The notes beneath the pieces were generated by a model that worked only from the letters and a program-made list of their open reading frames with translations, made no database searches and was not told the origin of the DNA. This document shows, one piece after another, positions 1-8,442 of a stretch of 64,000 bases of DNA (within the stretch, counting starts at the first letter, position 1; each line of letters opens with the position of its first letter). The position numbers and the translations under genes were made by a program. Location of the stretch: positions 10,930-74,929 of the forward strand of contig JBDGSK010000014.1 of the NCBI GenBank assembly GCA_042217575.1, written 5' to 3'. The stretch comes from Candidatus Nanohaloarchaea archaeon (GTDB lineage: Archaea > Nanohalarchaeota > Nanosalinia > Nanosalinales > Nanosalinaceae).

Positions 1-34
1 CGCGGACATCCTATTTATTTTTACTTGCTGATGA

Positions 35-397
35 TTACACATCTAGCTCGGCTTCAAGCTGGTCAAGAACGCCTTCCTGAATCCCGATGAAGCGTTTTTC
101 CTGCCTGGTTCTTCGAAACTCGTCGGTCTCTATCTCGCGTCCCGACTCTCTCTTCCCTGTCTCTATCTCTTTCTTGACGACCTCAATGACCCCCTTTTCC
201 TCCAGCGACTCCACAACCGATTCCTCATCCTCTACCGGGTTCTGGTCGGCAAGTTCCTGCATTTCCTCGTTCAGCCCCTGTTCAGGCAACAGGAGAGCAG
301 AGCTCGTCAGGACATTGCGCCATTTTTCACCGTATAGTTCCCTGGTGTACCCGATGATGTTACGGAGATATCTCCTCTCTCCCGTGGAAAGGTTCAT
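35..397 (-). CDS. small acidic protein, putative winged-helix partner of 394..1122 (paralog of 35355..35678)
   Basis: This 120-aa ORF has an ATGA start/stop overlap with the upstream gene. It starts MNLS like 35355..35678. Both share ESL(E/K)xxG(V/L)(I/L) followed by a basic wing-like segment. Confidence 0.55.
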   Translation of the reverse strand: MNLSTGERRYLRNIIGYTRELYGEKWRNVLTSSALLLPEQGLNEEMQELADQNPVEDEESVVESLEEKGVIEVVKKEIETGKRESGREIETDEFRRTRQEKRFIGIQEGVLDQLEAELDV

Positions 398-1122
398 TCT
401 ATCCTCCGGAGAATTGTTTCCTCCGAGTTCTTGATAAACTCAAGGGCATTGCTGTAGGTCGAATATGAGGGGTTCATGTACTCCGATAGCTCTACATCGT
501 TCTCTTCCAGATACTGTTCGGCCGCGTCCTTGGCAAGTATTTCCTCTCTTGCCGACCGGTACCGGTCAAACCGTTCATGGAGTTCCCGGCTTTCCTCCCG
601 CGCTACAGCTCCCATCTGCTGGAAGTCCCTGTAGAGGCTCTCAAGTTCCTCGTCGAGCTCCTCTCCGGCGTACTTTTCTCTTTCACTTAAATAACGCTGT
701 TTCGCTCTGTAGAGTGCATGCAATTCCTCATTCCCTGTTTCAAGCGGTTCGACCATCCCCTCTGCAAGCCTTGCGACGAACTCGCCGTAGAGCCTTTGAT
801 TGATCGGGTTGTCCGAAGGTATCCCATCCATCCTGGCGTTAGGCTGCAACATCTGGCCGTGAACCGCCTCGTGGGCGAGCTCTGCCGGTCTGAGATCAGA
901 GGAGTAAAGCAGTTCCACTTCGCCTTCAACAACGCGTGTAGTGGCTCTCGTGTCGGAAACAGAGCCCTGATTTACTTCCTGGCCAAGTTCAGCACTTCTA
1001 GCGCTGTCAAACGAATCTCTCGCCGAGAATCCCAGGGTGTCATTAATCCGGGAAAACTCCTGCTCTCCTATACCTGAGTCCTCCAGAATTCTATCAACAT
1101 CTCCCGCAGACAACCCTCTCAT
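394..1122 (-). CDS. uncharacterized acidic protein with intact HExxH motif (copy 1 of a 4-copy paralog family)
   Basis: The track ORF is 394..1239. I trimmed it to ATG 1122 (MRGLSAGD...), where similarity to 35675..36460, 36516..37271 and 37299..38141 begins. HEAVH is encoded at 859..873. Shared blocks are LxYSxxLxxxELA, LYxEFVA and a C-terminal E/DF(I/M)xP. Confidence 0.65.
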   Translation of the reverse strand: MRGLSAGDVDRILEDSGIGEQEFSRINDTLGFSARDSFDSARSAELGQEVNQGSVSDTRATTRVVEGEVELLYSSDLRPAELAHEAVHGQMLQPNARMDGIPSDNPINQRLYGEFVARLAEGMVEPLETGNEELHALYRAKQRYLSEREKYAGEELDEELESLYRDFQQMGAVAREESRELHERFDRYRSAREEILAKDAAEQYLEENDVELSEYMNPSYSTYSNALEFIKNSEETILRRIE

Positions 1123-1184
1123 ATCTACCAGTAAGTAACAACACTTCAAAAGGTTTTTGGTTTTCCATGATGTCTGCGGCACTG

Positions 1185-1191
1185 ATTTAAG
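1185..1191 (+). promoter_or_regulatory. TATA-like box for mre11 (leaderless-type spacing)
   Basis: An ATTTAAG box lies 23-29 nt upstream of the in-frame GTG at 1214. Confidence 0.35.
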
Positions 1192-1213
1192 CTTCAGTAG
1201 CGCCAGTTTTGAC

Positions 1214-2416
1214 GTGAAAGTTTCTATAATCAGTGACACCCACTTTGGCTACAAGTGGGGCGAGGAACGCGGAGAGGATGCGTTCGAGAACGCGAAGGAG
1301 GCATTTGAAAACAGCCTTGACGCGGATCTGATAATACTGCCCGGCGACATATTCGACCGGAAGATCCCGAAGCAGGAGGTTCTTGACCGTGCCGCAGAGG
1401 TTCTTTCTGTGGCGATGGAAGGTGAAAGCGACGCTGAGCCGGATAAGGAGCTTGGGATGCACGGCAACGGGATACCTGTAGTCGCGATCCACGGGACGCA
1501 CGAGAGAAGGCCGCGCTCCTACACTAATCCGATCGAGTTGATGGACAGAACCGGCCAGCTGTACCATTTGGACAACGAAAAAGTTATCTTCGAGAAAGAT
1601 GGCGAAAAAGTTGCTGTCCACGGAATGAGCGGAGTACCTGAACGTTACGCGCCGAAGGTGCTTGAAAAGTTTGATCCGGAACCTGTTGAGGACGCTTTCA
1701 ATATTCTCGTGGTGCACCAGTCGATTGAAGGGTTCGTCTACACCAGTGATGATCACGACGTTTTATCGCTTGAAGACTTCCCTGAAGGTTTCGATCTGAT
1801 CATCGACGGCCACATCCACTGGTACAACCTGGACAGGTTCAACGACCCGGACAGAGAAGACGAGAAACCTCTCGTGCTCCCGGGGAGTACTGTAACGACG
1901 CAGATGCGAAAGGTGGAAGCGGAGAAGGACAAAGGCTTCCTGATGCTTGACACCGAAACAGAGGAACTGGACTTCCGGCCGCTTGAATCCCCGAGAGAAG
2001 TTCACTACATAGAGCTGGAAGTCGAGGGAGAGCCATGGACGGAAGTGAAGGAGCACGCGATCAATGAGTTGAAGCAGGTCGGAGGCGAGAAGCCTCTGGT
2101 CAACCTGAAGATCGACGGAGAGACTGAAGGAAGGGTGAACCCGAGAGAGCTCAAGCAGATGTTCCGCGATGAGATGTTTCTGAACGTCAACTCTTCTGTG
2201 GATCGTACAGAGATCAGCTCCGAGTCCAGTCTTGAAAGTGAGAAAGACCCGTGGACGCAGGGCAAGGAAATGCTCCGGGAGCAGGTCGAAGCCGATGACC
2301 TGGATCTGGATGAGTTCCTGCAGCTGCTTGAAAGCGGCGAGGTAGAGGGATCAATAGAAAAGCTGAAGAACACGGAATTTGAGGAGAGACAGCATGATAA
2401 CGAGGATACAGGTTGA
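1214..2416 (+). CDS. mre11: DNA double-strand break repair nuclease Mre11
   Basis: Calcineurin-like phosphoesterase motifs are present: IISDTHFG, PGDIFD, AIHGTHE, GHIHW. The track ORF starts at TTG 1157. GTG 1214 places the start just before motif I, as is usual for archaeal Mre11. The exact start is uncertain. Confidence 0.85.
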   Translation: MKVSIISDTHFGYKWGEERGEDAFENAKEAFENSLDADLIILPGDIFDRKIPKQEVLDRAAEVLSVAMEGESDAEPDKELGMHGNGIPVVAIHGTHERRPRSYTNPIELMDRTGQLYHLDNEKVIFEKDGEKVAVHGMSGVPERYAPKVLEKFDPEPVEDAFNILVVHQSIEGFVYTSDDHDVLSLEDFPEGFDLIIDGHIHWYNLDRFNDPDREDEKPLVLPGSTVTTQMRKVEAEKDKGFLMLDTETEELDFRPLESPREVHYIELEVEGEPWTEVKEHAINELKQVGGEKPLVNLKIDGETEGRVNPRELKQMFRDEMFLNVNSSVDRTEISSESSLESEKDPWTQGKEMLREQVEADDLDLDEFLQLLESGEVEGSIEKLKNTEFEERQHDNEDTG

Positions 2417-4658
2417 GAACTGGAAGTCGCACCACGAGACCGAGCTTGAGTTCGAGAGCGGTGTCAACGCCCTGATAGGGACGATGGGTAGCGGGAAGTC
2501 TTCCATTCTTGAAGCCATTGTATTCGGGTTTTTCGGGACGCTGCCCGACCTGAAGTCGCGGGAGATCCAGCTGGACGATCTTATACGTAGAACGCCTTCG
2601 AAAGCAGATGAGGCGGAAATCGAGCTGGAGTTCGAGGTTGAGGGAAAGTCTTACAGCGTCTCGAGAGAGCTTGAACGCGGCAAGGGAACGAAGAGAAGCG
2701 AGCTCCGAAAGGACGGAGAGCTTGTCGAAGCGCCCTCTACTACAGAGGTGACGGAGCAGGTAGAAAAAGTTCTCGGCCTGGACTACGAGTCTTTCGTTCG
2801 CGCAGTATACGCCGAACAGAACGAGCTTGACGTATTCCTCGACATGCGGCCCGGCCAGAGAAAGCAGCGGATCGACGAACTGCTGAAGATAGACAGGTTT
2901 GAGGAGGCGAGGAAGACGACAGTAAAGACCGAGAACAAGCTGGAGGACGAGCTTGAACAGCTCCAGGAGCAACTCGAAGAGCTTGAAGACGAGGTTGACG
3001 AGGAGGAGGTCGAAGAACTTGAAAATGATATAGAGGAAAGAAAGACAGAGTCGAAGAAAAAGAAAAAGGAAGTCGAACAGGCCAGGGAAGAGCTGAAGCA
3101 GAAAAAAGAGCAGCTCAAGCAGCTGAAGAAGGATAAGAAGGAAGCAGAAAAACTGCAGAAAAAGAAGACCAAGCTTGAGACCCGCAGAGAGTCCCTGGAA
3201 GAGAAGAGGGAAGAGTTAAGCGAGAAACTGGAAGGGATCGAGAACCCTGAGGAAGAACTTGAAAAGGCGGAAGAACAGCTCGAGGGACTGGAGGAAAGGA
3301 GGGAAAAACTGAATGAGCTTGAGAACGATCTGAAGTACCTGGAGAAGGATTCGGAAAAGCTCGGACAGGAGGTCGAAGAACTTGAGGAACAGGCGGAGAA
3401 GTACGAGAACCTGGAAAAAGTAGAGCAAAAGCTGGAGAAAGCCGATGAAAAAGAGGAGAAGCTGGGAAAGAAGATCAGCCAGGCGGAGGCCGAAGTTGAA
3501 AGGCTGGAGGAGAGCGTGGAGAAGCTTGAAGGAGCAGAAGGCAAGTGCCCTACCTGCGGAGGGGAACTGGACGAGGAGCACCGGGAGAAGATACTGGAAG
3601 AGCGGGAGGAAAGAATCCAGAAGCTGGAGCAGAAACAGGAGCAGTGGCGTGAGAAACAGGAAACGCTCGAAGAGAAGATAGAAAGGCTGAACGAGAAGAA
3701 GGAGGAACTCCTGGAGTACCGTTCAGCCGAGGAAAAACTGGAGAAGAAGCAGGAAAAACTTGGGGAAGTAGATGAGAAGATCGACCAGAAGAAGGAGAAG
3801 ATCGAGGAACTCGACGAAGAGTTCGACGAAGACGAGATCGACCGTCTCAAGGAAAGGATTGAGCGGCTTGAGTCCTACGAGCAGCTCGAAGAAGTAGAGG
3901 AAAAGCTGGAACACATAAAAGAGAACTTGGATGAAGTGAAGCAGCGGCGAGAAGAGATTGAGTTCGACGAGGAAAAGCTGGAGGTGCTGCGAGAGAAACT
4001 TAGCGACCTGAAGGAATCGAAATCGGTCCTGGAAAAGGAGGTCGAGTCCATCAGGGAGATCGTCGAGGAGAAGCAGAAGAGGCTCAAGCAGATGAAGAAA
4101 CAGGCGGATAAACGTGATGAACTGGCGGAAAAGGTCGAAGACCTGGACAGGACTCTCGACTTCGTACACGAGTTCAAGACCGGGCTGGCGAACACTCAGG
4201 TCTCCCTCCGCGAAATATTTGTAGAAAGATTGAACGAACTGATGGACGACATCTGGGGCCAGCTGTACCCTTACGACGATTACTACTCTATCCGGTTGAA
4301 TGCCGAGGAAGATTACGCTCTCGAACTTCTGGACTCGGAGAACAACTGGATCTCCGCGACCGGCGAGGTCTCAGGCGGCGAAAGACATTCCGCAGCGCTG
4401 GTGATGCGCCTCGGTCTGACGTTCGCGCTGTCGCCAAGGATACAGGTGTTGATGCTGGACGAGCCGACGCACAACATGGACTCCAGCGCAGTAGAGGAGC
4501 TTGCCGAAACACTTCGGGAGAACACTTCAAAGCTGATCGACCAGCTTTTCGTTGTCACACACGACCCTGCGCTGGAATCAGCCGCCACCGGCAGCCTTTA
4601 CCAGTTCGACAAGAAAGGTACGGACACAGGCCTGTCAGAAGTCGAAGAAGTGAAGTAG
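2394..4658 (+). CDS. rad50: DNA double-strand break repair ATPase Rad50
   Basis: It has Walker A GTMGSGKSS, a long E/K-rich coiled coil with a CPTC zinc hook (EGKCPTCGGEL), the signature SGGERHSAAL and Walker B VLMLDEPT. ATG 2394 (MITRIQVENWKSH) overlaps the mre11 end by 23 nt. Confidence 0.9.
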   Translation: MITRIQVENWKSHHETELEFESGVNALIGTMGSGKSSILEAIVFGFFGTLPDLKSREIQLDDLIRRTPSKADEAEIELEFEVEGKSYSVSRELERGKGTKRSELRKDGELVEAPSTTEVTEQVEKVLGLDYESFVRAVYAEQNELDVFLDMRPGQRKQRIDELLKIDRFEEARKTTVKTENKLEDELEQLQEQLEELEDEVDEEEVEELENDIEERKTESKKKKKEVEQAREELKQKKEQLKQLKKDKKEAEKLQKKKTKLETRRESLEEKREELSEKLEGIENPEEELEKAEEQLEGLEERREKLNELENDLKYLEKDSEKLGQEVEELEEQAEKYENLEKVEQKLEKADEKEEKLGKKISQAEAEVERLEESVEKLEGAEGKCPTCGGELDEEHREKILEEREERIQKLEQKQEQWREKQETLEEKIERLNEKKEELLEYRSAEEKLEKKQEKLGEVDEKIDQKKEKIEELDEEFDEDEIDRLKERIERLESYEQLEEVEEKLEHIKENLDEVKQRREEIEFDEEKLEVLREKLSDLKESKSVLEKEVESIREIVEEKQKRLKQMKKQADKRDELAEKVEDLDRTLDFVHEFKTGLANTQVSLREIFVERLNELMDDIWGQLYPYDDYYSIRLNAEEDYALELLDSENNWISATGEVSGGERHSAALVMRLGLTFALSPRIQVLMLDEPTHNMDSSAVEELAETLRENTSKLIDQLFVVTHDPALESAATGSLYQFDKKGTDTGLSEVEEVK

Positions 4659-4823
4659 TCAGAGATAAAAATATTTTAGAGCAATTAACCTTTGAGGTGA
4701 GAAATTAGTGCTCGATAAGATAGATGATTTTGTACAGGAAGTGAAGGATGAGATAGAGGAGAAGAGGAAGGAAAGAAAGAGGGAAGATAGAGGTACCTGG
4801 GCTTGATGCAGGTTAAATAGATT

Positions 4824-6293
4824 CTACATGAACGACTCGGCGTCTTCGTCGAGCTGTTCTTCCTCCTCTCGCCACTTATCGAGCGCTGCTTCGAGGCCTT
4901 CTCCGGTCGACGGCTCTTTCGAGCGTCTTTCACGGACGTCGATGAAAGTCGGGTGATTGACCGCTTCTCCGATCGCTATCGCCTCTCCCGTCTTCAGCCC
5001 CGGTATCTGCTGACTGACCTCGCTCGTGATGCCTTCGCTGGACTTTGCGATGTGTTCCAGGTCGTTCGGGTTCGTAACCCTGAGAATGAACTGGGTGTTG
5101 CACTGCGAGAGCGCGGTGGTTGAAAGCTTGACAGGTCGCTGTGAGACCAGTCCGAGAGAGGCATGAAACTTTCTGCCCTCGCGTGCGATCTTCTCTATTA
5201 TAGTCCGGGAAGGCGAAGGCTCTGAATCCCTTGCGAAGTTGTGCGCTTCTTCGAACAGCATCAGTACCGGCGGGATTCTTCCCTTTCTCCTTTTCTTGAA
5301 GAAGTGCCGGCTGAAGAACGCCGCTATTATCTGTTTCTTCTCGTGGTCTATGGACTCGCTGAGGTCGATAACGTTCAGTTTTCCAGGCTTTATGTCTCCG
5401 GCGCTCGGAGTGTTAGACTTTCCAAAAATGTTCATTCCCTGCAGCTTTCTCAGTTTCCGGATCAGGGCGTACCGCGTCTTGTCGTTCATCTCTTTTCGCT
5501 CGACACGACTCACCACATCATCCAGATCGTAGTCGCTGGTCTCTCCCTTGTTCAGAGCGTTGATGACCTCGTTGAGTTCCTGCCGCTGTGCGCCACTCAT
5601 GCCGTTGAAGAACCCGGCTATCTGTTCGGCACTAAGGTCTTTGACCGCTATCTGAACGTTTTTCTCGGTGAAAACCTTCACGTCGCCCATGTAGTTCTCA
5701 TCTTCCGCGAAAGAAGTGTAGTCGCCGTGCGGATCGACCGCGAGCATGCCGGGGGCGTGATCGTTTTCAAGCAGTTCTTCGAGCATGACGGAGACGGTAT
5801 AAGACTTCCCGGCCCCGGACTGTGCCAGTACCGCGAAATGTTTCTGGAGAGTGTCTGTGACGCCGAGCGTGGCAGGTATCCCCTGTTGCTGCACCTGGCC
5901 GATCGTTATTCCATCGTCCTTCAGGCCGAGAAGCTGCTTCACAACCTGTTTCTCCGCGACCTCGAGCGGTTTTCCGGGCTCCGGCGAGTCCTTGACCCTT
6001 TTCTGCATCCCGTCCTCGAACTTGCCGACGATCTCTGCTTTCCCGATAGAGACCTGCCACTCATCCACAGGAAGCCTGGTCTCCTCGCCGCCTGAAAGCG
6101 ACTCGGCCACGCTCTCAGCGTTTTCAAAGTATTCGTTCGCCTTGTAGACCTCTGCGACCCTCGCCACAACAGTCCCTTTCTTTTCGTACTGGATGTAGCT
6201 TCCCTTGCCTACCTGGCCGGTACCGGGGTCGTACACGAAGAAGAACTCGCGGGAGTTCGGCGTGTCGTCTCTCTGTACTATCGCGGCTTCCAT
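4824..6293 (-). CDS. herA: HerA-type hexameric DNA helicase/translocase (DUF87 ATPase)
   Basis: It has Walker A AQSGAGKSY and Walker B-like PVLMLFEEAH, with an N-terminal barrel-like region and a C-terminal acidic tail. It is convergent with rad50. Confidence 0.8.
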   Translation of the reverse strand: MEAAIVQRDDTPNSREFFFVYDPGTGQVGKGSYIQYEKKGTVVARVAEVYKANEYFENAESVAESLSGGEETRLPVDEWQVSIGKAEIVGKFEDGMQKRVKDSPEPGKPLEVAEKQVVKQLLGLKDDGITIGQVQQQGIPATLGVTDTLQKHFAVLAQSGAGKSYTVSVMLEELLENDHAPGMLAVDPHGDYTSFAEDENYMGDVKVFTEKNVQIAVKDLSAEQIAGFFNGMSGAQRQELNEVINALNKGETSDYDLDDVVSRVERKEMNDKTRYALIRKLRKLQGMNIFGKSNTPSAGDIKPGKLNVIDLSESIDHEKKQIIAAFFSRHFFKKRRKGRIPPVLMLFEEAHNFARDSEPSPSRTIIEKIAREGRKFHASLGLVSQRPVKLSTTALSQCNTQFILRVTNPNDLEHIAKSSEGITSEVSQQIPGLKTGEAIAIGEAVNHPTFIDVRERRSKEPSTGEGLEAALDKWREEEEQLDEDAESFM

Positions 6294-6318
6294 AGTATTT
6301 TCCTCTACCTCAACGGAT

Positions 6319-8442
6319 TTAACTCTGCAGGAAGAACGCGGCGGATGCTATCATCATCAGGATCACGAGCTGGAACGGCCCTACACCGGGAACGCTTTTC
6401 GGTCGCTGACGCCTGACAGTCCCCTCTACAGCCGTGCTGTTGATGACATCGACGGTCAGGTTGTCTTCTCCATACATCTCCGTGTTAACCGCGTCCGCCC
6501 GGACGACCAGTCTGTTATCCGAAGGCGGTGACAGTTCACCGATCCTGAGGTCGCCTCCGCTTATCTGGACGTAGAACCTCTTCGAGGAGTCCGGCATGAC
6601 TGTAGTGTTGAAGCTGTCACCGTTCTTGTCCCTGAAGCCTGCGAAAGTGTATACCGCGGAGCCTGGTTCAAGACTTACCTCGAAGGTTCTCGGTGAATCC
6701 CGGACGTTGATTATCTGGAACGCTACGTTTTCAGTGTTGCCAAGCGACACGTTCACGCTTTCCTGACTGAACACTACAGGGAACTTCTGGTACCATGCGT
6801 TGTCGAAACATGTCAGCTTCCTGAGTTCCCGGCCATCGTTTCCGGGATCGAGCGTGATCGTTTCTCCTGGCTGGTAGATCGAGCGATTCTCCACGTCTAT
6901 ACCGATGCTGTTCTGAACTACCGGGTACTTGGCGTCGTCGCCGTCGAAGATACATCCCTGCGGGTTCCCAGTTACGCCTATCACATCTCTCTTCGTGTTA
7001 CACAGCCCTGTGTTGCACTGCTGCGTGACCACGTATTCCGCTCTGTCATCTCCGCCGCAGAAACCTACAGTGGCGATCGACTTGTTGTCGCTGCCTGTAG
7101 GAACGGGCGAGAGATCGTTGTTCCACGCTGTGCTGCCCCAGCTGCGTCTCCCGGGCCTGGAGACGTTGGCGTCGAAAGGCTCGTATTTCAGCCATTTGTT
7201 CCAGTCGTCATCGATCCCTCCTATCACAGAGTAAGGATGCTCCTGGATGTACGCCCTGTCGAACCAGCGCCGGGCCGCCGAACCGTAGAGCTGGTTGACG
7301 TTACACGTGTCCTGTGTTCCATCCCGGTCGATGTCTCCCCAGTCCTGGTCGAACCACGAAGCTGTCGGATCCTGGGGTCTCTGCGCGCATACCTCTCTAT
7401 CATCCTTCAATCTTCCAGTATTCTCGTATGGCTCCCCTGCCTGCTTGTACTCTCCCCGGGGAACAATTCTCGGGTTCTCGCCAAGATGGACGCAGACGTC
7501 TCTTCTTGAAGCACAAGCGTATCTCCCGTCTTTCTTTGCGGCGTTGACACTCTCGCCTTTTTCCTCAAGCAGGAACTCTGCCTGGTCATCTCCACACATC
7601 GGCGGGTTCAGGGTCGGAACTTTTTCACCGACTGTTGCAGGATCGTTCTCTCCCTCATCGGTGACGCCGTCGCCATCATTGTCGTTGTTGTCCTTCTCTC
7701 CCTCGAAGTAGATGTCGCCGTGGACGGCTTTCCCGCCCTGTCGGAGCGTTAGATCGGCGTTGTCTCCCACGTTGAAGCCGAGCCCTGAGTCGGGGCCGGT
7801 AATGTCGATGTTGAATACTACTTTTTCCTGCCACGAACCCTTCAGTTTCGGATCAAGTCTCTTGATATCGTCAGGGTCTATCCAGACGCCATCGTTTTCC
7901 GCCACCGTGTCGCCTTTCTCGTCTTCTCCGAACCCTGCCTCTGCGACTGCTGCAAACGAGTTGGCGAACGCTTTCGCGGTCTTTGGCACTCCCCCATCTT
8001 CTACACTGGTTCTTATCGTGCCAGACCAGTCAGGGTGGTAGTATGTCCCCCTGGCACCTTCGGTGCCGTACTGACCGTACTCCTGTATCTGGTAGTTATC
8101 TATCCTTGAGTCTCCGGCAGGGCCTGGAGGAAACGGCACTCCACGGTTCGATATGACCCACTGAGTTGACTCGGTGATCGCCCACTGATCCGCATCGTCT
8201 TTAGAACCGTCAGAGTTGTTCCACATCTGATCTGAAGGATCGTAGTACTCGTCGTCGTCCTGCATCTGGTCAGATACAGATTCAAGCTTGTTCATGTACC
8301 CGTCAAACTTGTAGCTGCTCGATCTGTCGTTCCCTGTCGCGTTGAAGTCCTCATCTCTCCGCACCTGGTCGAACCCGGATGCCAGAGAGGTCAGGATCAG
8401 CACAGAGAGAGCGGCGAGAGCCAGTTTCTTTCTAGTTTCCAT
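6319..8442 (-). CDS. large secreted Cys-rich acidic surface protein with extreme C-terminal hydrophobic anchor
   Basis: ATG 8442 gives the signal-peptide-like METRKKLALAALSVLILTSLASG. The protein is 707 aa and rich in D/G/C. It ends in VPGVGPFQLVILMMIASAAFFLQS. CGDDxxE and DREVC motifs are shared with 8432..10831. Confidence 0.7.
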   Translation of the reverse strand: METRKKLALAALSVLILTSLASGFDQVRRDEDFNATGNDRSSSYKFDGYMNKLESVSDQMQDDDEYYDPSDQMWNNSDGSKDDADQWAITESTQWVISNRGVPFPPGPAGDSRIDNYQIQEYGQYGTEGARGTYYHPDWSGTIRTSVEDGGVPKTAKAFANSFAAVAEAGFGEDEKGDTVAENDGVWIDPDDIKRLDPKLKGSWQEKVVFNIDITGPDSGLGFNVGDNADLTLRQGGKAVHGDIYFEGEKDNNDNDGDGVTDEGENDPATVGEKVPTLNPPMCGDDQAEFLLEEKGESVNAAKKDGRYACASRRDVCVHLGENPRIVPRGEYKQAGEPYENTGRLKDDREVCAQRPQDPTASWFDQDWGDIDRDGTQDTCNVNQLYGSAARRWFDRAYIQEHPYSVIGGIDDDWNKWLKYEPFDANVSRPGRRSWGSTAWNNDLSPVPTGSDNKSIATVGFCGGDDRAEYVVTQQCNTGLCNTKRDVIGVTGNPQGCIFDGDDAKYPVVQNSIGIDVENRSIYQPGETITLDPGNDGRELRKLTCFDNAWYQKFPVVFSQESVNVSLGNTENVAFQIINVRDSPRTFEVSLEPGSAVYTFAGFRDKNGDSFNTTVMPDSSKRFYVQISGGDLRIGELSPPSDNRLVVRADAVNTEMYGEDNLTVDVINSTAVEGTVRRQRPKSVPGVGPFQLVILMMIASAAFFLQS

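Noticed and set aside
394-1239. Possibility that the gene divergent from mre11 is the missing nurA
   Set aside because: There is no NurA-like catalytic Asp context such as an (I/V)DGS-type N-terminal motif. The size is wrong. It clearly belongs to the four-copy family described above.
2783-3850. 355-aa Ser/Phe-rich ORF and other long ORFs antisense to rad50
   Set aside because: This is a mirror artefact of the GAA/GAG/AAG-rich coiled-coil coding sequence. Its low-complexity S/F/C composition is unlike the acidic proteome. The sense frame has complete Rad50 motifs.
4708-4806. 32-aa GTG-initiated ORF (VLDKIDDFVQEVKDEIEEKRKERKREDRGTWA) with a GAGGTGA element upstream, in the purine-rich rad50/herA convergent gap
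   Set aside because: It is too short and low-complexity to support. The purine-rich tract may simply be 3' UTR or terminator sequence. There is no independent evidence.
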